Positions 37,050 to 49,399 of a DNA stretch of 50,331 nucleotides are shown here, piece after piece. The notes under the pieces were generated by a model. The model was not told the origin of the DNA. It was given only the letters and a program-made list of their open reading frames with translations, and did not search any database. The stretch is from Octopus sinensis (lineage: Eukaryota), in the NCBI RefSeq assembly GCF_006345805.1, contig NW_021834926.1, positions 1 to 50,331 of the forward strand, in the 5' to 3' direction. The position numbers were made by a program, and so were the translations under genes. Positions within the stretch are counted from its first letter, which is position 1. Each line of letters starts with the position of its first letter.

Positions 37050-37413
37050 GGTTACATTAAACCAGGTAGTTTTATACATCTACATAAACTTATAGTTGTT
37101 TGATGAAACAGGCCCTTCGCAGGAGCTAGGTCGCGGTGAGCGAAGCGAGCTGCCGAGCTAGTTTATTGTAAAAAGGGTTTAGCGTCATTTTAATTAAAAG
37201 ATGATCTCTTCCAAAAGATGTTATCAGGATAGTTACAATCCTTAGGTTACGTGAAAAATAACACTGAATACTAAAATCTTGTAAATGTACTACTCCAAAA
37301 ATCCGTACAAACTACATATATATCCGAAAAAATACAAACTTATAAAAAAGCGAATCAATTTATGATAATTGATGATCGGTATTTTCAATTTCTAATTCAG
37401 TCTTTATCTAAAG

Positions 37414-38274
37414 CAGGTGTTCTCAACCGGGGGCGAATCGTCTCCCTAGGGGCGAAAATTTTGTACAGGGGGACGATAATTAGGTAAAAGTGGGGCGATT
37501 TATTTATTAAATCACCAAAACCACGCTAAAAACCGAACAAACGTCACGTAATCCCGATGCACTCAACCAGGGACCTCATCCTCGCTCGGTGATCTTTCCA
37601 CGAGCCCACACAAGATCGCACCGGGCGGCAGGCCGTTTTTGGCGGAGCATTCGCTGACGGGCCCAGGTTCAGCTTGATGATGTCTTCCAGAGAAGCTGGA
37701 CCGGGGCGTTGGCTATCATGCGACCAACGATCGGTTAATCTGAGGGCCCTTTGTTGGGCCTCCTCGATTCGCCTCCTGTTGGACTACGATAACCGCGGAC
37801 CCCATGATCCGCAAGCGTAGGCAATACAAGGTTCGAAGTACTGGCGGTAGATATTCGCCAGTACCGGGTGCGACTCGTTTTTTTTCCATATAACAGATAG
37901 AGTGCGGAGGATGTTCAATTTTTTTCGCATTTGCGAAGGAGGTTGTCTGCATGTGGGGAAAAACAAAGGTGCATGTCGAGAGTTAGCCCTAGGACCGTCT
38001 GACTCCTGTAAAAGGGGGGCGATAATATATTTAATAAATATTCGAATTTAAATATAATACAAGTATTTATACATGTTAATTTTAATGTTTCAGATTTATT
38101 AATATTTCTTCTATAGTGTTTATCCTTAAATTTTATATTGAAAGTAGCACGATGTTTTTACATTCATGTTGATATGTAAGATGTCTTCTCGCTCAAATAA
38201 GAAACTTCGTCATTATCAAAACGAATATTTAAGAATTATTGAAAACCTGTACTAATCGCATACCCAAGCATACT
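37414..38274 (+). mobile_element. Left part of a Buster-type hAT element with a nested LINE fragment
   Basis: CAGGTGTTCTCAACC after ATCTAAAG (nnnTAnnn), GGGGCGA repeats and transposase start MSSRSNKKLRHYQNEYL at ~38181. Confidence 0.72.
37520..38005 (-). mobile_element. Non-LTR retrotransposon 3' fragment (related to the 23600 element)
   Basis: KKLNILRTLS..IYRQYFEPCIAYACGSWG resembles 24530-24645. Confidence 0.75.
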
Positions 38275-38276
38275 TA

Positions 38277-38507
38277 CAGTGGGGCAAATAAGTCATGGCA
38301 CACCTATCATTTTTTTTAATTCAATATATTTTTACAATGATAACTTTTGTATGTTTGACGACGTCCCTCTCGGCCATTGGCCTATCCATTAATGCAAATA
38401 AATCTTTTTTTAATTATTAAAAATTTAAAATAATTAAAGCTTTTAATGAAAAAGCCAATTCACATACTTCATAATTTTCATCTTTAACAATAATGTATCT
38501 TTTTCGT
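38277..38507. mobile_element. Tc1-like left end; part of it recurs inverted at 39432-39540
   Basis: TA followed by CAGTGGGGCAAATAAG. 38416-38507 is the reverse complement of 39432-39540 apart from a ~20-bp indel. Confidence 0.65.
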
Positions 38508-39339
38508 GAATGTCTCCCCCATTCTGTCCAATCCCCTGTAAACATTTGGTACCTAGACGACGCAACTATTTGCGCTCCTCCCGAAGTTGTTTTTGACGAC
38601 CTCCGGATTATCCTGCTATCCCTCTCGGCCATTGGCCTTTCTATTAACGCAAATAAATCTGATTTGTGAATATCCACCTTCAACAAAGTTTGTTCTCTGC
38701 CGCCGCCTCTGTTTGCCGCAATATTCTTCCAGACGTTCGTATTACCGAAAAGTCTAATTTATCCACGCTAAGATGTGCACCCTGTTTCCACAGAAGTGAC
38801 CTCCTATCTGATTTGGATTATATCCTTACGCTCGGTATGAGCTCCCTATGCAATCTTGCTTTTGACAATTCTGGCTGGTCTCAGGCGACCTTACCTGTGC
38901 GCTGAGGCGGCCTTGGTCTAAGATCCTGTTCCGATTTGGCTCTTCCGGCTTATCTGTCCTCTCATTTTGCCTCCCGCACTCTCTTAGACATCGTTCTCCG
39001 AAACCATCTTGACTGCAGATTTTGCCGCGGCAGGTCTCTTATGGAAGGCCCGGTTTTACTCGAGGCGGCCTGAGTCTGAGCACTACCAGCGCCAGTGGGA
39101 CGAGATTGTATGTCGTTCTTTGTACGAAGAACTCACCCCGAAACTTCACCAACACAGCCGCCGTTGAGACCTCTGGGGTCTTTGGCCGAGTGTCGCTTTG
39201 TTTCCTACGCTGTTTGGGGAGAAGAATCGCCACAAGGAGGGACGACCAGAGAGAGTCCTTTTGGCTTCTTCATCGTCTCTCTATTGCCGTAATCCGCGGC
39301 AACTGTTTCGCAATCCGTGAGGCTGGGAGGGCATTCTGA
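38508..39339 (+). mobile_element. CRE-like retrotransposon with large internal deletions
   Basis: WYLDD RT motif, WSQATLPVR.GGLGLRS, AVETSGVFG and HRLSIAVIRGN. Confidence 0.88.
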
Positions 39340-39559
39340 ACTGCGTAGACTTAATTAAAATTATTTTATTTTTGACAAAATATGAGATTAATCCCATTAA
39401 AAAATGAGTAAACAAAGTTGAGTACGAGTGTCCGAAAAAGATACATTATTGTTAAAGATGACAATCAAAAAATTCATTTAAAATTATGAAGTATATGAAT
39501 TGGCTTTTTCATCAAATGCTTTAATTATTTTAAATTTTAACGTATCTCTGGGGACTTAG

Positions 39560-39917
39560 TCTTCGTCCTGCCTGGAACCGAGCCTCGTGAATCAAGCCTG
39601 TAAGCTAGCTTCAGAGCATAGCGCCGGGTTTATTTGCATTTTCTGTTAATTTTCCCAAGATCTTTGGAGTAGAACCACGCTTCCATCACGCACAGCAAGC
39701 AGCTGGGACGGTTAATTTCAGCTAGAGGCCCAGGACTCTGATCTGGTGACTTTTTGGTGTTAATTTGCAGATAAGCGGATTTGTCTATTGCTAGCGAGAG
39801 CCGCTTATTGGTACACCGCTCCTTTATCACTTCAATGTAGGTGACAAGTCTTTTTTCTGAAATCTTTGCGCCCTTTGAGGTGTCTAGGATGAGGACGTCA
39901 TCTGGTATATTGAACAA
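39560..39917 (-). mobile_element. Non-LTR RT fragment
   Basis: DDVLIL..RLSLAIDKS post-YADD region, higher GC than the flanks. Confidence 0.55.
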
Positions 39918-40089
39918 GTCATTAAATTTACTTATAAAGAAATAGTAAAAACAGTAAATTAAATATTTTATTAAATAATCTCGAAAAATCAGCGTTAAAA
40001 ATGGGTTTAAACACGTTTATTTTGCAGCAAGATAATTCTTTTTTAGAGTCAGTCGGCCTCTCCCAAACTTAAATTACACGAAAGTTTCC

Positions 40090-40270
40090 TCCGGGATCTT
40101 CGGCCCCAAGACACTCCGCTTCCTTCGCTCGCTCGGTCGACGGATTTCAAGGACTAGCCACGATCCAAGAGAGTTTTCTTGGCTCCTGGAACGTCTGTCG
40201 ATTGCTGTGATCCGAGGGAACGGCTTCGCCATTCGCGAGGCTGGCCGGGTGTCTCGTGAGGCCTTTAATT
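40090..40270 (+). mobile_element. CRE-like retrotransposon extreme 3' end
   Basis: SGIFGPKTLRFLRSLGRRI..ERLSIAVIRGNGFAIREAG followed by an AT-rich tail. Confidence 0.82.
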
Positions 40271-41654
40271 AACTTAGCTATCTTTAATTTCTTTCTTGTC
40301 AGTAGTTAATCCATTAAAAAAAGTCAAAATACTTTGTCAATGGAGAAAATCCTGATGTATTGAGAAAATCTCGTGGTGGAGATTATTCTTCTAAATTTAA
40401 TAATTTACACAAGCATGATTTAATATAATATATGAATATAATTTTTAAAATTGATAAAGACCTCTCAAATTTACCAAATTGTCGAATTCATTAAATTTTC
40501 GTAATTCACATGATATTTGCGTGATCATCTATATCTACATTTTCCTGAGAAGCACAAGTTGTATTCACCTTTAGAGATCTAAAAGCTTCTGAAAGATTTA
40601 CTCTTTTTTCATTGGATTCCTCTTCAAAAATTGTTTCCTATGTCTAATTATAAATAAAATCACCAACCGATTTAACTTTTTTGACTGTAATGTATCAGCA
40701 TGTTCAGATTTTTTTTAATTGCATTAGCTCTTCATTTTTAGTATATACACAATCAACATATTCACTATAAATTATTGGATCGTCAATTTAAAATGTCTTA
40801 ATTATTTTTTATATAGCAACCCACTGCTTGATATAAATTTTTCATCATTTTTTCAAAATTCAAGAGGTTTTGAAATTAACATCGAATCTCATAGAATTGA
40901 TCTACGTAATTCCATTAAGTCAATCCATATTATCGCTTTAACAGTTTCATTAAATTTGAGTTTTGGAATTGTTGTTATGTTTAAATTTTTGATATTTGTC
41001 ACATTTAAACGTTCTATTTTATTTAAGATCTTCAGAGAAATTTTCTCTTTACTCGTGAAGAAAAAGAAAAAAATCTTGGAAATTTGAGAAGCAGAAACAA
41101 ATGGGTCACCGAAATATAGCATAGTATAGAAATTTTTTGTTGCTAAAAAGTTTAACACAATCCGTCACAATTACAATGATGCGTGTAATAAATTTTAAAA
41201 TTTTGATTAATTTGAAGAGAGGATTTTGAATAATCCATCGAAATAATTAAAAGAAGCTGAATCGAAAAGCGACGGATTTAAGAAATTGCAGTATATTTGT
41301 CTTTTATTTCTAAGAATAAATAAAACATCGTGTGCGTAATTTAATCATTAGAGTTTGTTTTTTATGATTATTATTTGTACAATCAATTAATGTCCTCTTT
41401 TTTTATCTAGATGCGGATTGATAAATAATTAAAATACCACATTTGTGTCATTTAAACATATCATTTCACAATAATAAGAAATGTGGAATAAAAAGTAAAA
41501 TAATTTATTTAAATTTAGAAAAAAATGGAGTACGAACGATCTGATCGTAGATAAAAAGCTACACAGAACAAGTATCTTGCAAAATATTTTTTACTTTGCA
41601 AAAAACGAAATTTTTTATGACAAGCTTATCGGTGAAGGAAAATATGGAAAAGTA

Positions 41655-43500
41655 TGTCACCGGTTTTATAGCCCACCGGGTTGGATAACCCACCACCGAA
41701 AAAACTATCAAAAAAATATAAATATAATCTAAAAATCATCAGAAATATATTAACTTTGATTTTCTTCTTTTTTATTAGTTTTCATATTTCTGCCTGTTGC
41801 ATAAATCACACATCATTCATTTGTGCTTTACATTTTTAAAATAAATAAATTTTATTTATTTAATGGGATAAAAAATAAGAATTAATTCATTTAAAAAAAT
41901 CAAAATTTTAATCAAATTTTTTTTAATCTACTAAAATGGACGTTTGATAGTGATTCTCCATTATCTTTATTAATAGTACACGTAGTTTCAAATTTTTCTG
42001 AAACTGTGTACTTATTTATATCCAGTTCGTCATATAATGGGTATCTCCGGTTACCAGGGTTATCATCCCTGTCGTGTTTCAGCAGCACTGTATCTCCAAT
42101 TTCAATGTCTTCTGCGTCATATTTCCACTTACGACGTTTTTTCATTTTCTCTCCAGCTCTAACAAGGTTTTCATGCACTTCTTTCTCAGTTCTTTTATCG
42201 TCATTTTCAAAATAATTCGAATTTGACTCATCACTTTGTTCTGCATTTGTTCCGTCGAACATTAACAATGCATTTATTTGATCTTCTGTTCTCTCCGAAT
42301 CTTTTTTATCCCCCATAAAAATTTTGAAGGGCGCCCATTTGGTAGTTTCATGTTGTGTGGAGTTATATTTGTATACAATTTCCTGATAAAAATCCTTGAA
42401 TTTCCCTAGCATTCCGTTGTATGCACTTGTAGAGCTAATCCATCTTTTAATTGATTGATTAAACCTACAAATAAATTGACTATAAGAAACCTCTCCACTT
42501 GCCCCTGAACCCAGGGTGCTCTAGGTCGTCCACATATATGAGTGATGTTTAATTCGGAGCACATTATTTCCATGCATTTATTCTTGAACTCTTTCCCGTT
42601 GTCTGTCTGCAAGATAAACGGGGGTCGGATTGAGAAGAAAATCTTTTTTAACTTTCTTGTTATTTCTTCGGCTGATTTCGTTTTTGCGAGTTTTACCACT
42701 GCAAATTTGGAAAAAGAGTCGATTACAACAACCAACTATGACTAATTCAAAAAAAAGACCCATCCATAATTGCTGTTAAGGTTTGAATATCTCCTCAGAT
42801 CCACTAAATCTGCAATATACCGATCTCTAGGTCCTCTTGCAATTATGGGGGTGATAGTTGGTTTTGTTGCCATGAAATTTTTCGACTAACACTGATTAAC
42901 AACATTACTTGGCAATAGACACATTTTCCTATCACACTACAAATTTCTTCCCTTGTTACTGAATATATTTGGTCTCTTAGTAGCGAGAGCATTCTGTCTC
43001 TACCAAAATGAGTATTCATATGCTCGATCTTCAATTGTTTTGAAATGGATACCTCAATAATTTTTAACTTTAGCTCACTTTCTTCTAGAGTAAAAAAACG
43101 CAGTTTTTTATTTCCGACTTTTATATACGTTTTTTCAGGAACTTTGAAGCAAAAACGATTTTTAAGCGTCCTGAGCCTTCTCCTTTTCTCTTTATCGTAT
43201 ATAGTAGTGGTGTCATCAAAATTTTTTATTTCATTAAGTTGGTTTGTCGTTAATTTCAAAAGAACCATATTCTAATTGAACTTTATTGAACAACCCTACT
43301 TATTTTCACAGTTTTTAAACTTATTAATAAAAAGTTATAGTTTTCACGCTAAAATATTTAAATAAAAAATAACAATAAATTATTAAAATAATTAAGAAAA
43401 TCATTTTTTCCAATGAAATTAAATATAGGAAAAATATTATTATTATAAAATATGGCAGTAGGTGGGTTATCCAACCCAGTGGGCTATAAAACCGGTGACA
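41655..43500 (-). mobile_element. Ginger-type DNA transposon, full length (1846 bp), recent
   Basis: 40-bp TIRs TGTCACCGGTTTTATAGCCCAC.. with 1 mismatch, and a perfect 5-bp TSD AAGTA (41650-41654, 43501-43505). Confidence 0.95.
41912..43268 (-). CDS. Ginger transposase, 4 introns of 23-26 nt, frame intact after splicing
   Basis: EHMNTHFGRD..CVYCQ, RYIADLVDL, QTDNGKEF, GRPRAPWVQGQVERFNQS, RYPLYD and SRLKKI-stop. Confidence 0.9.
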
Positions 43501-44619
43501 AAGTATATTTGGTTTTTATTAATCGTAATCTTATTTTTATAGGGAAAGATTCTCAAAACAAATGAAATAGTCGCAATCAAAGAAGTAAAATGGCTGAAAG
43601 ACGATTTGACTTCTTCATCTATTAAAGAGGTTAAATATTTTAAGTAACTCAAAAGGTCTCAATTTGGAATAAATTACGACATCCAAATATTTTGCTGTTT
43701 TTTGGCATAATTAAAGATCTGGAACATATTTCGATGGTGACTGGTTTTCATTTGTTTTTATTCTACAGAATATGCCAGTGGAGGATCATTGGAACAATTG
43801 TTACTAAATTCAACTATAAACATTACGTTAAAACGTAAGATCGATATATCAGTCGATATCGCATGTGGAATGGTTTGTACTAATATGTAATCTATTCGTT
43901 AGAAGTATTTGAACAATCAAAATATTATGCACAGAGATCTAAAATCGGATAATTGTCTGATTAAAAAAGTACAATTAGTACATTAAAATATGTAAAGAAC
44001 GGAGTTGTGGTTGTTGCTGATTTTGGACTGTCCAAACGTTTTATGAAAATATTTACGAATCTTCACAAGGTCGAAATTCAGTCGTGGGAAGTGTATTCTA
44101 TATGGCTCCAGAAATACTAAATGGGATGGAATACAATTATAAAGCTGATGTTTATTCATTTGGGATTATTCTATGTGAGGTATCAATAAACCATGTTGAA
44201 ATTTTTTAGCTAATTAATAGAGTTGGCAGCGACCCTGACGTTCTTCCAAGAAATGAAAATTTTTTAGTCAACGTTGATATTTTTAGAAATGTATATAAAC
44301 AAGCATATCCTTCCGTGTTACTTGACCATGTAGAATTTTGTTGTGCATATGAAAATTCCAAAAGGTAGTTTATATATAAATATTAAAGGCCTGAATTTTA
44401 CGAAATTTTGAAAATTTTGGAATCTTTAGAAAATTAAATTTCGTTTTTTTTGAATTTTTATAATTTTTGCTTATAATTTTTTGATTGTTCAAAATTATTT
44501 AGATACACTTGTAAAATAAAAATAGAAATAATCAAAAAATTTAAAGAAATCAATTTGCTTATTACATGTAAATTTCTAAGAATTGAATTAATTAAGTTAA
44601 TATTATTTAATTGATGTTA

Positions 44620-45250
44620 ATCTGACCGTTTTCCGCTGGAGGTTAATCTCCTTCTTTTAGAGAAGGAAGTAACCAACACCACTCTTTGATCCTCTGTCTC
44701 CAAGTTAGTTACGACTCTTTTTCCCTCATTCTACATATTATCTTCGTACAAATGACTTGCTTCAATTAGGAGACTAATGGGTGAATTTATCTCCTCATCA
44801 GTGATTCTGATCCCATGCCTATGCTCAATAATCATACTCTCCAATGCTTTCTTCAATACAACTGATTGTATATAAGACTGAGTTGGGTCTTCGATAGCCA
44901 ACTTTTCAATGTATTTCTTAAAAAAACTTAGAAACAAGCCCGTCCCAAGTCAAAATCAGTGGAATTATTTTCACTTGAGCGTCGTAAAAAATGGACAACT
45001 TCCCTGTCAAAAGATCGTATTTATGGCATTTCTCAACCTCGACCTGCTTCAGGCGGTCAATTTGCCTACATAAATATAATTGAAACTAATTTTCTTTTTC
45101 TGCATTCTCCATCTCACCAAACATGGCAAACATTTGATAGCGTCATTAGAGAGCGGAATTAACAAACAGATTCATAAACATATCGAAATATTCAAGAGAC
45201 TCTTCACAAAAAAGTAAAACCTCGAATTCAAAATCTACGATTTTGTAAAT
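44620..45250 (-). CDS. Possible unidentified intron-containing gene or fragment
   Basis: Protein-like open stretch 44731-44937 and adjacent coding-like sequence. No family recognised. Confidence 0.25.
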
Positions 45251-45534
45251 TTTTGGCAGTTATTACAAAAACAACAAACTTTAATTTTTCTAACAAAACA
45301 GTTAATTTGTTTAATTTCCCTAGTGACTAACTTTATTTTTTCATATAGAATTTGTTCCAGAATGTATATTAAAACACAATCACATTTTTTGTTTTGTTTA
45401 ATTTATATGATATAATTACTTCCCATTTATAGTAAATAACACAAAACGATGGATTGAGTTCAAAACTATCACTTTGACAAAATTCTTCATATAAACTAAT
45501 TAATTGAAAAAATATATCAAAAAAGATTTTAAAA

Positions 45535-48500
45535 CTACCAATCAAAACGATCGAAAATATCAGAGACTTCCTTCAAATCTTTTCTAGCCTTAACTCGCAT
45601 ATAGAAAATAGGACAATCACGACTAAAACATACAAACAACAACCCACTTTGAACATATAACTTGATCATGAAAACTCCCCTGACATCGCTGGCACTCAAC
45701 CCACAATGTAGAAAACCGTTCTTCTAACTGTCTCATCTGGCGGATATAAGTCTCGGAATACTGATTCCTCATATCCTCACAATTGTCACAGAGAGCTCGA
45801 CTACCTTCTGTCCAAATAAACCATAAAGTGACCCTTCATTAGGACACGACACTTTAAACATGAAAACGACTTCTTTACGAAGCTCATCAACCCTCCAACT
45901 TTAGATGTCACAATTTTCTTCTGATTGACATGTTCGGCAGCTTAACTATCACAATTATAGAACTTACCAAAAAGGATTGACTCGGTCTTTGCCCCCAAGA
46001 TTGGCTCAAAAATTCGTAAAATTGGTTTTTTGAGTTGATTGTTGAAGTAATAATCAGTGTCGATAGGAATGTTGTTCTCCAGTACATACAAAGGGTCCTT
46101 AACCATCATTACTAAACAGAACCTCTGATTTTAAATATGCTGCTGTCCCTTTAGTCCCAGCAATCATCACATACTGAACACGGTCCCCGATTTTTGGAGC
46201 AGTCCCAGGATCCCTCTTTTTCATTCTAAATCATCAATAACAAAATCAAACCGAGCTGCCAATTCTACATGAGCTTGTTTGCCAGCATATTCTTCCTTGT
46301 GAGCTCTCTGGATATCACAAGATGAGAAATATCCACTTTATTACTCAACAACTCAGAAATTGTCTTCTTCACGTGATTTACAGCCTCCTCAGGATCTCTG
46401 CCAATCAGACCATATATAATGACCTGTTCACTAAAATTATCCTCAGACAGTCAGAAATCAGATTTGCCACCAACGTGCAGTTGTCTCTTCTCACATTCTC
46501 AATTCCCTTACAGTCAATCTGGTCATATTCATAGTCAGTCTTGTCTTTTCTTTTCTGTACGATCCCGCGGGAAATACAACTCCCGCGTAACGTTTTTTTA
46601 CTTATTAGAAGATATGGGTAATAAATATGGTTTAAAAATATGAATAAATATACTTTTTCGAATTCCAAATTGATTGGAGGGGGAAATCGGGAGGAGACAT
46701 ACTTGGCTGCCTCAAAACCCATTTCCATGGTCCTTTGGACATCTTGAAAGCCAAACCGACACATCACCGAGTCAGTATCTCCGTAGATAACCTTAGTATC
46801 AAACTCATATCCATTTCGAATATTATATTTAAGTTCAATTGCATTTTTAGTCATTTCGATCATTTCTCGACCATAAGATGTCACACTCTGCAATTTTGAA
46901 TAGAAAAAAGTTCACACTTGAGATATTTCCAAACAAGGCAGACGCCCGTTTTGTGCCCCAGTGAACCCATAGACAGAATTAGCCGAGAGTTTTAAAGCAA
47001 GTTGTCTCCCATCTAGAATTTGTCTCCGAACTGGATCTGTCTCTGATTTGAGCTCAAGTTTAGTTCTAAAATATATTTCGACCTCAAAACACTTTTTTCT
47101 AGCTTTTAGCAAATCTTCAAGAATCTCAGGAAGAAAACCTTTCTGAATATTGCTTCGAACAAACGTATTTCCGGTCGGCGACACCTCATAGTCTACCACA
47201 GAGAGCCTTCACACATAAAACACCCACAACCCTTCAAATGAACTCCCAAGAAGAGTCGAATAGCACAAGTTATGAGCTATCATTATCGAAGGATACAACG
47301 AAGTAAAGTCCAATGTGGCAATTGGGTAATTAAAATAACTTAAATTAACTAAAAGACCCCAAAACCCTTTCACAGGCTCAATAACTGTGGCGCCTGTGAA
47401 CTCCTCGTCTCCACTGCCCTCCAAATTAGGAATGAGAGTGCTACGTGCTCGACACTGCCAATAAATAACCCAAAAAACACTTTTCTGAGCAGTTGAGACA
47501 CAACTTTGATTTGCTGCCCTCTTTTAAAGATACACGAAATAGGAATTCCCGCCACTCTGGCCATTTCGACGAGGTTAACCAGCAGAATTAGCTTATCCAA
47601 CAACTTTAAGGGCAGACGGGCATCTTTGAGGCAATACATGGCTAATCTTCTTCTCGTTTGCTCATCTCCGTTCTACTTTTACTCATAAATATATAATGCC
47701 TGTAAATCTGATATAATCGAGTGTTTGACATCATCTTTCTGCTCTCCTAGAAAGTGGAAAGAGACTGAATTCAGAGTGTGTGACCGAAGTTTGTGATCTC
47801 GTAGAATAATCTGGAAATTGACCACTTTGAGACCACCCAATACACGTCGAGGATCACTCTTCCTTCAATATTTATAAATTTGGAATCATGGCGACCCATT
47901 TGTTTGGATTGGATGGACGAGTCCTTCACAACCGTCCTAGAATGGACTTGCCTGTATATACTTTGTGTCTTTTATCCTTCCGAGAAATGGAAACCTGGCC
48001 AAACGGAGTGCCTCGGCTCTGGAAAGCAGGTAGTAAATGTCAAAGTTCTCTATATTGTAGTTATCACATCTGGGTCATATTTCTGCACAAAATCAGTCCA
48101 ATTGTGAGGGAATGGACAATTATAGGCTTAACTTGGAGGAGATCGGACTCCGTTTGGAAGGAAATGACTGTCGCTCCTATAATTGGGGGACATGCTGATA
48201 AAGTGAATATTAGATTGGTTTCTGACTGCTGATCTGAGTTGTATGACTTTAAAACATTTGCTATCTGAATTACTGGGTCTTGGGAAGGCTGTAGAAAAAT
48301 ACCTACAAATAATTAATTTAATAATATTATTTAAAGTATTATTTTTTAAATATATTTTGAATGATAATAAAATCTACTAAAACAATGTGGTAACCTTTTC
48401 TTCCAGCACATTCAATGTCGAAGCTCAAAATACGAAGAGGAGCAATCGCCTCCCACTGACTATCTATAGCCGGATAAGTTTTAATTCTTGAATAGTCCAC

Positions 48501-49314
48501 ATCAATCTCCACAGAACAGCGAGAAATACACTCCTTTGGATCCCTCTGAGTGAAATACCGAGAATCAATCTCACACCAACAACACCCAGTCATGTCCAAA
48601 TCAATCATAAAGCTGTTATTTATTATAAGAGGCCGTCTAACCGTATCTCGATAGACACATCGGACTCGAAGATTTGGTAGAAATGACTTTGCTTGTCCCC
48701 AAAGGTAAATCCATTCTCGAGAAGGCGTTTGCCGACGTTGACGTAGTTTATGTTGGTAAATGTAATTCGAATAAATTTTTTATTTTTGTTTGATTGATAT
48801 CCAAATATATATTAATTAATTATTTATTAAATTAATAAATAAATAAAATTAACTTTGTTTGAATTCAATGTCGACGTGGAGAACAGAAAAATCATGATCC
48901 TATAGATTTTTGAAATTGGTGAGTATTTTTGAGTAAAATTCATTCCATACATATTTCAAATATGTATTTTACTTTAAAAATAAAGCAAACTTCAGTTTCA
49001 AAACCTTCTGGTGCGAGTACATAGAAATAGGGGAAATATCCGTGGGCATGGACTAGTATGCTCAGCCCCTCTGCAGTCGAGCCATAAAGCCGGATTATGG
49101 GGACAGATCCGGCCATGACTTGACTGGAATAAGCGGGATTTGCACTGCCTGATTGTAGATATTAAATTATACCAATGTAGTGGTCTATTTCGAATTGTTG
49201 GAAGGTCAATGGTTGGTTTGTTAATTTATGTTGTTCTATGCGACGAGAATATTTGTTAAAATTATATTTATTTTCATATTTGTGTCCATTTGGTAGTTTA
49301 TTAGTCAAACTCAT
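45535..49314 (-). CDS. POLD1: DNA polymerase delta catalytic subunit, full extent present but with several small lesions
   Basis: [63 protein letters not shown] and the C-terminal CysA/CysB motifs. Many short introns, with indels at ~48060, ~48102, ~46626, ~46596 and ~46296. Confidence 0.93.
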
Positions 49315-49399
49315 GGTCAACCACTACACAATTATGAATTTAAATATTGCGCCATCCATTATTAATTAAATATATTTTAATCAAATTTTAATTTATTAT

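Larger units (their letters stand above)
35661..37161 (+). mobile_element. Non-autonomous Helitron (1.5 kb)
   Basis: A|TC 5' end with a (GTCT)n tract, 3' GC-rich GCGAAGCGAGC hairpin region ending CTAG|T, and a Pif1-helicase 3' remnant. Confidence 0.9.
41481..44437 (+). pseudogene. TESK/LIMK-family (TKL) kinase without LIM domains, disrupted by a Ginger insertion
   Basis: IGEGKYGK[insertion]VYL, VAIKE, HRDLKSDNCL, ADFGLS, MAPE and SDPDVLPR.ENF, with 24-31 nt introns. One homopolymer frameshift at ~44040. Confidence 0.85.
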
